64,000 nt of DNA from Candidatus Aenigmatarchaeota archaeon (GTDB lineage Archaea; Aenigmatarchaeota; Aenigmatarchaeia; QMZP01; QMZT01): positions 736,001 through 800,000 of the forward strand of contig CAVSBQ010000002.1 of the NCBI GenBank assembly GCA_963726265.1, given 5' to 3'. Each line of letters opens with the position of its first letter. Position 1 is the first letter of the stretch. The notes under the pieces are model-generated. The model had not been told where the DNA came from. It did no database searches and saw nothing but the letters and a program-made list of their open reading frames with translations. Of this stretch, positions 1-10,900 are shown in pieces. The position numbers and the translations under genes are program-made.

Positions 1-177
1 ACGTTCCTGGAAAGGGAGAAGGCGGCGACGGAGAACAAATTGAAGGAGGCGCAGAAAAAATATTTCGAGAAGGGCGCAATCTCCAAAATGGAATACGACA
101 TCACGCTGGACAGGCACAGCAGGAAGCTCGCCGAAATAAAAAAGGAGCTGTCTATACTGAAGGCGAAGGCTCGCTGA
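1..177 (+). CDS. 3' end of a gene truncated by the window edge; helical C-terminus with SHOCT-like motif
   Basis: Frame 1 is open from base 1 to TGA 175-177: TFLEREKAATENKLKEAQKKYFEKGAISKMEYDITLDRHSRKLAEIKKELSILKAKAR. It overlaps the end of the convergent 152..625 gene by 26 nt. Confidence 0.75.
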   Translation, partial: TFLEREKAATENKLKEAQKKYFEKGAISKMEYDITLDRHSRKLAEIKKELSILKAKAR

Positions 178-625
178 CCTTGTTCAGCTCGTAGAATTTC
201 TGCCTGGATATGACTACACCTTTCGTCACGCCGTCCTTTTCCAGCTCCGTCAGGTATTCGCTGCATCTCGTTCTCGACAGATTCAGCTTGACGCTGAGGT
301 CGGACGCTGTCAGCCGCTTGTGCTTGCTGAGCGTCTCTATCACAATCCTTTTCATCTTCAGTTTCCTTATACTGTCGGATTTCGACCGACTCAACGGGAC
401 TAGCGATGACTTCAGGTCATCGACGTTTTTTTCAAGATTTCTTGTGAACTTGCAAATATCGTCAAGACGTTCAGTGATGCCCGAGTTCTTCAGCTCTTCG
501 GCAATCATCTCCCTTATTTTTCCCTTCAGGTATTTTTCGCGCTCCTCTTGAGCGATTTTTGATATGTCTGAGATGTAATTTTTCTTCCCCTTCCCGACCT
601 TCCTGTCCTGCAGAAACCCGAACAT
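152..625 (-). CDS. Winged helix-turn-helix transcriptional regulator with N-terminal coiled-coil
   Basis: C-terminal KRIVIETLSKHKRLTASDLSVKLNLSRTRCSEYLTELEKDGVTKGVVISRQKFYEL has a wHTH pattern. TTTAAA lies 24-29 nt upstream of the ATG. Confidence 0.8.
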   Translation of the reverse strand: MFGFLQDRKVGKGKKNYISDISKIAQEEREKYLKGKIREMIAEELKNSGITERLDDICKFTRNLEKNVDDLKSSLVPLSRSKSDSIRKLKMKRIVIETLSKHKRLTASDLSVKLNLSRTRCSEYLTELEKDGVTKGVVISRQKFYELNKVSEPSPSV

Positions 626-770
626 GCTATTGTATTGTCGATCGACAATTTAAACCTTAGTATAACTGTTAATTTTTTATCCTATATATAATCCGACAGT
701 TACGTATACTATTAGTGTTGTACACTAATGGCCATTAGCGTATGACTAACTTGGGTTGGGTTCAGTTTCT
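626..770. promoter_or_regulatory. Divergent AT-rich promoter region with several dyad-symmetric sites
   Basis: TTTAAA 649-654 and a TATATATA run near 683-690. Perfect palindrome ATTGTCGATCGACAAT 634-649. Inverted repeats TAACTGT/ACAGTTA 663-702 and ATTAGTGT-n3-ACACTAAT 711-729. Palindrome CTAATGGCCATTAG 725-738. Confidence 0.7.
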
Positions 771-1970
771 ATGAACGGCGCGCCTCCGCGGGAACAGATA
801 ATAGAGCTCCTTAAGAAGCATCCGGAAGGCCTGACTATCACGACTATTTCTGAGTTGACCAGGCTCCACAGGCACACGGTGACCAAATACGTCTACGAGC
901 TGAGGGGCGCGGACATCATCCACGAGAGGGAGATAGGCCCCGCGAAGCTGTGCTACATGAAGGACGGCCTCACCAAAAAACAGGAAAAGCAGACCATGAG
1001 CAGGCTCAACAACCACAACATGAAATCGAGCCTGGGCAGCGTGGGCCAGATACAACTTGTCGCCGTGTTCATGTTCCTTGTGCTGGCGCCGGCGGCAGTA
1101 ATAACCGCCTACAACCTTACGAACACGAGCGAAAACACGTCTTTCTCCATGGAGGGATACATCACAGCGAACAACGAGGTCACGTCAGACGTTAGCGACG
1201 GTATGCTGAATGAATTCTGGATGAACATCACCAACGGGACCTTTGGGGAGAATGCAACCAACGAAACCCTGCCTCCGGGGGAAGGAAGCCCGCTCCCGCC
1301 GCAGGACGCAGCAGAGCAGACGAATGAAACAGGCGGAAACGCAACTGTCGATGTCGACGAAACGTTAAACGCAACAAATATCACGCAGCCTGAGAATGAG
1401 GCGAATGAAACCCTTAATATAACCGAGCCATTGAACGAAACCAATGTCACAGTTTCCAATTCGACAATAATAATTTCGGACCTCACCAGCCCGTTCGAAG
1501 TTAACGTCACCGAGGAGTTCAGCATCAAAGCCGTGATAATGTCCCTTTACGGAAGATCGGAAAACATAAGGGTGAATTTATCCGCGCCCGCATCTTTTGA
1601 GGTCGCCAATCAAAATCAGACAATACCATTTTTAGACGAGAACACATCCGCGGAGTTCGCATGGAACGCCACCGCGAGTGAATGCGGCAATTACACGCTT
1701 GGCGTGCTCGCCGAAAGCGACACTTCTTCCGCTTATAAAAATGTTGACGTGTTTGTCGTGTGCCCCGTGGAAAACGTCACGCTGGAAACAGAGACAATCC
1801 AGGGCGACGCCGAAGTGGGCAAGCCTGTCGTATGGAAGAAGATAATCACGGTCAGGAACCCCAACAGGATAAAAGTAGACAACGTCCAGCTCGAGACGGA
1901 AATCCCGGCGAAGGCCTTCAACGCGGAGCTGAAAAAACTAAGACATGTTTTCGGGAATACCGTGACTTGA
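756..1970 (+). CDS. Giant protein fragment 1: winged HTH, hydrophobic helix, Asn/Thr/Glu-rich spacer, Ig-like domain (likely start ATG 771)
   Basis: HTH REQIIELLKKHPEGLTITTISELTRLHRHTVTKYVYELRGADII; hydrophobic LVAVFMFLVLAPAAVITA (~1056-1110); many NxT sequons after it. Confidence 0.75.
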   Translation: MGSVSMNGAPPREQIIELLKKHPEGLTITTISELTRLHRHTVTKYVYELRGADIIHEREIGPAKLCYMKDGLTKKQEKQTMSRLNNHNMKSSLGSVGQIQLVAVFMFLVLAPAAVITAYNLTNTSENTSFSMEGYITANNEVTSDVSDGMLNEFWMNITNGTFGENATNETLPPGEGSPLPPQDAAEQTNETGGNATVDVDETLNATNITQPENEANETLNITEPLNETNVTVSNSTIIISDLTSPFEVNVTEEFSIKAVIMSLYGRSENIRVNLSAPASFEVANQNQTIPFLDENTSAEFAWNATASECGNYTLGVLAESDTSSAYKNVDVFVVCPVENVTLETETIQGDAEVGKPVVWKKIITVRNPNRIKVDNVQLETEIPAKAFNAELKKLRHVFGNTVT

Positions 1971-4900
1971 CATCCCGGAAAGGGAAAGCAGGGTTTTCGC
2001 GGGCTTCACCGAAAGGTTTAACAAAAAAGTAAGCAGATGGAAAGAGGGGACGATGGAGGCGGGCGAGGAGGTCGCCTATGAACTCGGGTATGAAACACCT
2101 GCCCCGCAAAAGGAGGAAATCGAAGAGTACGCGGAAGACGGATGGAAGAAGGAAGTCAGAATAAGCAGCGATTTCGAAGAGGAACATTACAGGAACGTCA
2201 GCGTCACGGTCACGCTGCCCGAGGATATCGATGCTGAGGCCACGATAACCGAGGTCTCGGGCAAAAAAGCATTCGCTGCATGGTGAAGAGCCGAGTTTTC
2301 GAGATGAAGGGTTTCAGGCGGCATGGGCGTTTACTGGAAAGAGCGGGAGCGAAAACAGCCCTTCAGAAGGGATTGACGTGACGCAGGACCCCGTGCATGA
2401 AGTGGAGTTCGCGGATTCTGACGGCGACGGCCAGGCCGACGCCGTTTCATGGAAAGTGCCCCAGCTCTCGGAGCAGACTTACGTGGTGAAGGAGAACGAA
2501 AACAAGATAACTGAAGTTTACGTCGAAGCGCAGAACGGACAGAGAGCCGACATCACGCCCGAGATTATCGAAAAAGCCGACGGCCTTTACGGCATAAAGC
2601 TCGGCGCGAAGAAAAACTTCAGGGCAGGCGCATACAAGCTGGTGATAGTGTCCGGCGACAAGAAAGAGGAGATATGGTTCAACTGGGGTCTGATTTCCAT
2701 AAACACAAGGAGGAGCATCTACCATCCAGGCGAAACCGCGGAGATAATAATGGTCGTCCTTGACAAGTACGGCTATCTTGTCAAGGAGGCGGACGTCACG
2801 CTTGAAATCACCAGCCCGTCCGGAGACAAGACAACCCTGACCACTGCAGCAGGCGAAATCATAGAAAACGGGCCGGGCGTTTACACCGCGGCTTACGATG
2901 TCAAAGAGGAGGGCGAATACGCGCTCTTCGCCAAAAGGAACGACATGGCGAACGTCGAGATAGCGTCCTATTTCGATGCGGCCGCCTTTTACGAGTTCGA
3001 CATAATCCGCAATACACCGGTGACGATTGATCCGACTTCAGGGCCCTTCGAGTCCAACATAACCGTCAAGGCTTACGTTCCGGCTCTCATGTTCACATTC
3101 AAGGAATATCTTCCGAGGGAATTCGAGGTTTTCGACACAGATGCCATAGTCACGGATGAAGGCGAATACAAAGTGCTCACATGGAAAAACGTGACGGACG
3201 GCTCAACCGTCTCGTATGAATTCAACGTCCCGCCCATCTGGCCTTACCTTTACGCCATGGGCCCGGCGAAGGTGATATATAGCGGGCTTTTCGGTGAAAT
3301 GGAATTCACAGAAGCAAGACCATGGATGCTTGCGATCGACCCGACTTATGCATCATATTATCCTTCCGGTTATTCGCTCGTCGGCGACACAGACTACATT
3401 TCCGGCACCATCACTAACCTCAATGCCAACGACGGCAGCTACATGACCTTCCGGCCGTATTACACATTCGATGAAACCACGAACACCAGGGAAGCGATGA
3501 TTACCTACAGGTCCAATACACTGGGAGACAACGACCAGCTGCACTATAAATTGTGGAACGGCAGCATCCAGTCATGGGGAAGCGAGCAGCAGATGAACGA
3601 CGTCGGCGGAACGATAACCGGTAGCAAGGTTGTCTATTGCCCGAGAAGCTCCAGGTACTACGAAAAGATTGCGGTGGCCTACGATGCGCAGGCAAATCCC
3701 GGGTCGCTGGACGCATTCGTATGGAACGGTACCGGATGGACCGATTACGACAACATATTCACGAACATGTCGTTGAATCAAGACGATGCTGTCGCATGGG
3801 ACATAGCCTACGAATCGCTGAGCGGCGATGCCATGTTCATCTACGGCAGGAACTTCACGACATCGTATCTGCCGCGCTCGCAGATTGGCTACAAGACGTG
3901 GAATGGCAGCGCGTGGTCGAGCGAGATGAAGTTCAACCTTTCTACCGATCTCAATGCCTTTTCATGGATAGACATGGTCCCGGACCCTAATTCGGATTAC
4001 ATCGCAGTCGTCATGTTTCAGAACAGCGTCTGGGACAGGTACGCCCTGATATGGAACGGCACGAATTTCATATCCAACACGACCCTGACCACGACCGGCG
4101 GCGCGCAGAACGAGTCCGCCCAGGCGATAGCGTGGGAAGAGACCACAGGCGACGCGATGTTCGTCTGGGGCATTAACACAGCGTCCATCATAAACTATAC
4201 TAAATACTCGAAAACGACCGGCTGGGGTGAGATGCTAACTGCCACCAAGACCGAATGGGGCTCAGACCTCAATTTCATAAAAATGAAAACGCGGCCCGGA
4301 ACAGACTATATGATGCTTGCCGGCGTCTCGGACAACTACGATCTGGATACCATGTACTGGGACGGCACCTCATGGGACACGACGCATCTGGAGCATGACA
4401 GCGGTGTCGGCGACAACTCGGATTCATCCTACAATTTCGATTTTGCCTGGCATCCGGACGGCTCGAACTACGGCGTTCTTGTCTGGTCGAGCAACGTTAC
4501 AAATTCCTTGAACTACAGCGTCTGGGACACTGGAGCTTGGATGCCAAGTAACGCCTCATACAGTGGGGTATCTAGGGCGATGCAATTCATTAAAAATCCG
4601 AGATACACGGAAGGCGATGTGCTCATGCTCGGCTGGGCGGTCAATATAACTTCGTATACCGGAAGGGAGATGAGATACGACGGCGACCTGCAATTCACCG
4701 CAAACGGGACTGTATTTTCCAACAACACCAATTCCTCTGAGTTCGACAGGCATTTCCTCGCTTTCAGCAATTTCGGCGACCCGAACAGCGCGCAGGCGGT
4801 CGTCGAATTCGTCGGGACCGGCGAGAACAAGCCGTGGGACGCGGTCAACGTTTCTGTCGACGCGAGAAGCACGATTGCCGGCAACGTGACGATACAGGTT

Positions 4901-7900
4901 TTCAATTTCCTCACGGGAGCGTATCCTTCATCCGGAAATGGTTATACAACGCAGGCGATATCATCAGGCACGGACACAATGGTAAACAGATACATAAGCA
5001 CCAATGCGAACGACTACAAGAACGATACCTACAACTGGAAGGTGAAAGTCACCTTCACCAACACGACGTATTACGACCCGTTCAATTTCAGCATCGATTA
5101 CATTGTTTTCAACGCGACCATCCCAGACCTCTACCCGACGAACGTTACGGTGCACAACAACGTCACTGCAGTTTATTCAACGCTTTTCGGGACCGGCGAC
5201 CCGCTCGATATAAGAGTGAACATAACCAACTCGAAGCCGGCAACGCCGCTGACAGGCAACCTCACCATCAACATAACCAATTCCACAGGCTACTCATTCA
5301 ACGTCTCCAGGAAGGAGGTGACATGGGCCGCTGCCGGTTCGACGCTGACGAACATGACCAACATCTCCACTGCCGGATGGAACACCGGCAGCTACAATGT
5401 CAACGTAAGCATTTCGTGGTATGACGGGGCGCCATATTCCACTTCGGTCATGTACTATGAGCTTTTTAATCTGACCAACTTGACGGCAAGAATTTATCCC
5501 AGCCCCGGCCTATGCCTTGGAGAAATCGATAATTTTAACGTGACCATTGTGAGCAACTGGACATCCACCATCACGTTCAACATAAGCCGGGTCACACCCT
5601 CCAATTTCACGGTGAGTCCTGTGTCGAAACTGATGAACGCCTCTTTCGAAGCGTCGAACACGACCAATTTCACCGTCACCGTCCCGGCAACCGCAGGAAG
5701 ATACACGATATACTTCAACGTCTCTTACAGAGACCCCAACAATTACAACAAGTCCTTCATCATCAGCAAGGACGTGTACGTGCCGTCGCCGCGCATAACA
5801 GTTTACAGGGAAACGCCGCCGAAAATCGCGAACGCGACCAATTTCAATTCCAGCTTCGTCATCCACAACCTCGAGTGCGGTCCGGCACAGGACGTCTATT
5901 TTGTGGAGCACATCCCAAGCGGATGGTCCGTAATTTCCGCGCCGGGCAATTACAGCATAAATACGAGAAGCGACGGCATCACCGACATAACTTGGTACGT
6001 TCCATATCTCGGCGTGAACGAGTTCCAGATGGTAAACTACACAACCCTTTCGCCTTCGTCCATAACCACGGCGACTTTCGGCAAATGGAACACTTCATAT
6101 CACGACATCGATGGCATAGAATATAATAGCAGCGAGGCATCGACGTATGTCGTGACGAGTGATACCTACGATTACGCCCATTTCTATTTCACGCTGACCA
6201 TGAACGAGACCAACGAAACGAGGGTCCTGCCGACGAACGTGAGCCAATGGTTCATAGTCACGGGCACCAACGTAGGAAGGGCGACTGCGGCGACTGGAGA
6301 ATGGAACTTTACGGTGAAAATACCGACCGGCTGCAACGTGACCAACAACGGGACGGCGACATCATGGGACGCGGGAGGAAGAACGCTGAACTGGACGCTG
6401 AATGAAGACGTGCCTGTCGGCGGCGTAAAGAATTTCACTTTCAAACTCAACTGCACGCAGGACGCGAACGAATACGACCTGCTCCCGACGACGTATTCGA
6501 TACAGACAGGCGAGCTCGAGTATACCGATTCGGTCTCCTATACCGATTACGGAGGCAGCACGACGCGCTCGAACTTCTATCACCCCTTCACACCGGCTCC
6601 GACCGATTCAGCGAGGATAACGAGGTTCGTCTGGTACCTGACGAACGTTGCGCTGGACGCTGGCGAGTATTGCCGTTTCTGGCTGTTCAATGACTCCGGC
6701 ACGGGCAACCTGACGATAAAAGACAACTGGGTCGGCACCGGCGGAACGCAGTACTCCCAAATGGTCGACGAGGACCCGGCCGACTATAACAAGGAGCAGT
6801 TCACCACATTGCCGAACCACGAGCTTCATATACAGATATACGCCCAGGCTAGCTCGGCTACGGCCGAGTACTGCAGGATGACGAGCATAATGTACAGGTG
6901 GAACTGGGGCGGCTACACCACGGAGCAGCAAGGTATGTTCTTCAAGGTCAGGCGCAACACCGAGCCCAAGATATCCGCCTGGAACGTCACACCGGCGCAG
7001 GGCCAGTGGGGTCAGCCCTTCAACTTCACCATAAAGGTTTACGACCAGAGGAATGACACCATAAACGTTTCCCTGTGGTCAAGGCAGGCCGGTACGAGCA
7101 CGTGGAGCATGATAAACTTCACCCAGACAACGAACAGCATCTCGAATCAGTCCATAAATTTCACGCAGCGCTTCTCCTGTGCCGATGCCGACAAGCAATA
7201 CGAATACAAGATTCGCGCAGAGGACCCCTACTATTTCAGGAAGGAAACGCCCGTCGGCTATTACAACGTGACCAGAGACAACGTAATCTTTGACATAATT
7301 TCAGGCCACGGCTCCGGCGCGATCGCCAATCGCAGCTCAGAAAGAACGAATCTCACGCTCCGCCTGAGGATAAGGGACGAGAACGGCTCTTACCTCCAGG
7401 GGCTTAACACCACGCTTTACATATCCCAGCTGGGAACACTTGGCGGCACAATCCTCTGGGACGGCGGCCAGGTCTTCCAGACCAACGCCGCCGGCAACAT
7501 CACATACAATTTCACGGCCGCCGACCACTGCGACAACGAGTCGACGCCATACACCGAAGAAGAATACGAGGTCGGGCCGCACTGGTGGTACGTGAAGATA
7601 AATTCGAACGAAGTCTGCTACAAGCAGACCAACTCGACAGTCGAGGCGGGCGAATACGGCTATTACAATTTCACGACAATAGGCGAGCTGATAAACACGA
7701 TAGTAGCGCCGACAGGCGGAACGATAATACAGCAGGGCAGGGCGAACGTTTCGATAATGACATACATATACAACTTCTGCGAAGAGGCGATGAAAATAAA
7801 CACGACCCATGTCACATTCAATCTTTCCACCGTTGGCGCCAGCTACCTCTGTTCCAGCATCCAGAGGATAGGCGAGAACGTCTACACGTGCACTTGGCAG

Positions 7901-10900
7901 ACTCTCAACAGGACGAACGGCATGTACAACTTCACCATGAAATCCTACGAGGACAACTATTACAACGACACGGTGACTGAAGTTAACGCCGTCGAGATAA
8001 GAACTGTCCCGATGCTCAGGGCCGCGAATGCCACCTACAGGACCGAATCTTGGTCGAGGATGAGAAACTATTCGGTGAACGTGACCGACAACCTCGACGA
8101 CACGGTGAACGTTACCCTTTGGCTCGCAGTCGGCGCCATCGAAGAATCATACGGAAGCCGCTGCTGCGGTCCGAACTGCCCTTCCAACCCAGTGAACTGC
8201 ACTAATGTTGTTCTGAACTGGACCAACATAGAGCTCAACACCAGCAAGCCATGCGAGACCTATGCGGACAAAACCGTGAGATTCTACTTCTCGGCAGAGG
8301 ATACTGAAACTTACACTTATGACACATCAGTCGCCGCTGGCGACTACATAGGCAACAGCGACACGATCAACATGGAAAAGGCCAACACCACCATCGAATA
8401 CGTGGAAGGCAACAACAGCTTCACCGGCGGGGCGCCGGTCTGGTTCAAGCTGAGGGTCAACGACACCGACAACGGGAGTTCCGTTTATATCAGGCCGTCT
8501 TCCGAGCATCCGCTGATATATTTCAACGTAACTACAGACGAGAACGAGAAAGAGAGCTTCGTCTACGTCAACGACACGCGCACGGATTCGGCTGGCTACG
8601 CGAACGTCACCTTCACTCCCGACGGGAGGTTCAGCCTGGGCAACATGACATGGCGCGGCTACGTGCACCCGGGCGACCTCTGCTACAAATACAACATTTC
8701 GAACAACTTTACCGTGGAGATATTCCTGAACTGGCCACCGATGTTCGCCAACATGAGCGTGAACAACAAGACCACGGACAGCAAGGGATGGGGAGGCGGC
8801 TGGAACTTCTCAGTCGAGGTGAAGGACCACGGCTCGGAGGGAGGAAGCCTGAACGTGACCCTGCAGCTCGACACGAAAGACGGCTGGCGCAACATAGAGA
8901 CGAAAAACTGCACGTCCTGCCTTTTGTGGACAAATATAAACTTCACGGATGTCCGGCTCAACTGCTCGGACCTGAACTCTTCGGCGCGTTTCAGGTTCAA
9001 CGTCACGGACAACGCCAACAACGAGAACGGGACAGGCGTCTACGGCACGTTCGGCGTGCTTCCCGATTCCGTCGCTTTCGAACACGTGCGCGGCAACAAC
9101 ACCATAGCCAACAGGAGCGGCTCGCAGAGTGACCTTCTCGTGCTCAGGCTTTACGACCAGAATAACAACACGTACCTTCCGGCAGGAGCGAACGCGACGT
9201 TATGGGTGAGCTGGAACTATTTCGCTTATGACGACGGCTTGGCCGTAAAAACGAATGCGACAGGCCACATAAACAGAAGCTTCGACCCCACGTGCGACAG
9301 CGAAAGCGACTACGAATACGAGGCAAGAAACCAGATATGGCGTGCACAGGTTAATTCGTCGGATACCTGCTACTACCCGAACATAAGCAGCACGTATTAT
9401 CTCAACGTCATGGGCGACCTTAATCTCACGATAATCAAGCCCGACGGCTCGAACAACTACACGTGGGGCGACAATGTTTTCGTCCAGGGCCAGCTCAAGG
9501 ACGACTGCGGCAACACGCTGGACTATGCGAACGTCGAGTTTAACATGAGCGTAGGAAGTCACAGGTACAATTACTCCAACGTCCCCAACCTCGGAGGCGG
9601 CTTCTACCAGGGCGACTGGAATTCCGCCGGAGCGGCGGAAGGCTGGTACAACGTGACCATGTGGGCCAACAAGACTTACCAGCCGAATCCCAACTACAGC
9701 TATTACTACGTTAACCAGACCACGATAGTCCCGCCGTACACGTTCTACCTCAAGACGATACCGATACTGAAATACGCGAATGTCACGCCCAGGCTTGACG
9801 GCTGGGGTGCCGTATATAATTTCAGCGTCAACGTGACCGACGAAGCCGGGGATAACGTAACCGTGATATTCGAGAGGAAGAAATACGGCGTAGACTATTC
9901 CCAGGTCGGGTCTTCGCAGAGCTGCATTTCATGCACGAATTACACGATGCACTGGAACGAGACCTACATGTGTGCCAACCTGAGCGGCAACCCGACGTTC
10001 TATTTCCAGTTCACGGGAACGGACGAGATCGGAAACGAGCGGAAAACACAAACGGCGACTGGCGATTACGTCAACAACGACAACACCTACGTCTTGGATA
10101 AGGACGACGTGCAGATACTTTATTTCGCTGGCAACGAGAGCAAGGTCAACAGGTCAGGAGGCAACTTCACGTTATCCCTGATAATCAACGACACTGACAG
10201 GAGGGCGTACGTCAGCGATTCCGAGGCGACCGCATACCTCAACATAAGCACGAACTCTAGCAACCCCAATTCGCAGAACCTGACCGAGGCGGTCAACATC
10301 ACCGACGGGACGGGCCATGTCAATTTCGACTTCTCGCTCAAGGGAAACTGCAATTACCAGGTCGGAAAGCAGCAATGGTACGGCTATGTGGGGAGCGCAG
10401 ACACATGTTACAAGACCGCCATATCGCCTTCGTTCAACATAACGGTCTTCGGCGACCTGAACGCCAGCATAAGACCGGACAACTACACCAAACACCAGGA
10501 GGAAAACGTTTACATTTACGTAAACATCACGGACGAATGCGGCCATCTTCTATCAGGCCTGAACATATCCGTCCTGATGGTCAAGAATTCCACCCTGAAT
10601 TACACGTGCGGCGACATAGTGGACTACAACAACGGCACCTACCGCTGCAACTGGACGACCACCCAGGCCATGCCAGTTTACAAATACGGCGTCTGGATAC
10701 AGATGAACTCGACCGGCTACTACAACAACGACACGGAATTGCACAATGACGTGGTTTGGCTGCAGAGCTACATAAACAACGCACCCGTTTTCTCAAGCCC
10801 GTCATTCATGCGCGAGGGATGGGGCGCTGCCACGAACTTCAGCGTGCACGTCGACGATCCGGACTACAACAACGTCACCGTCTGGTTCTGGACCTCGGAT

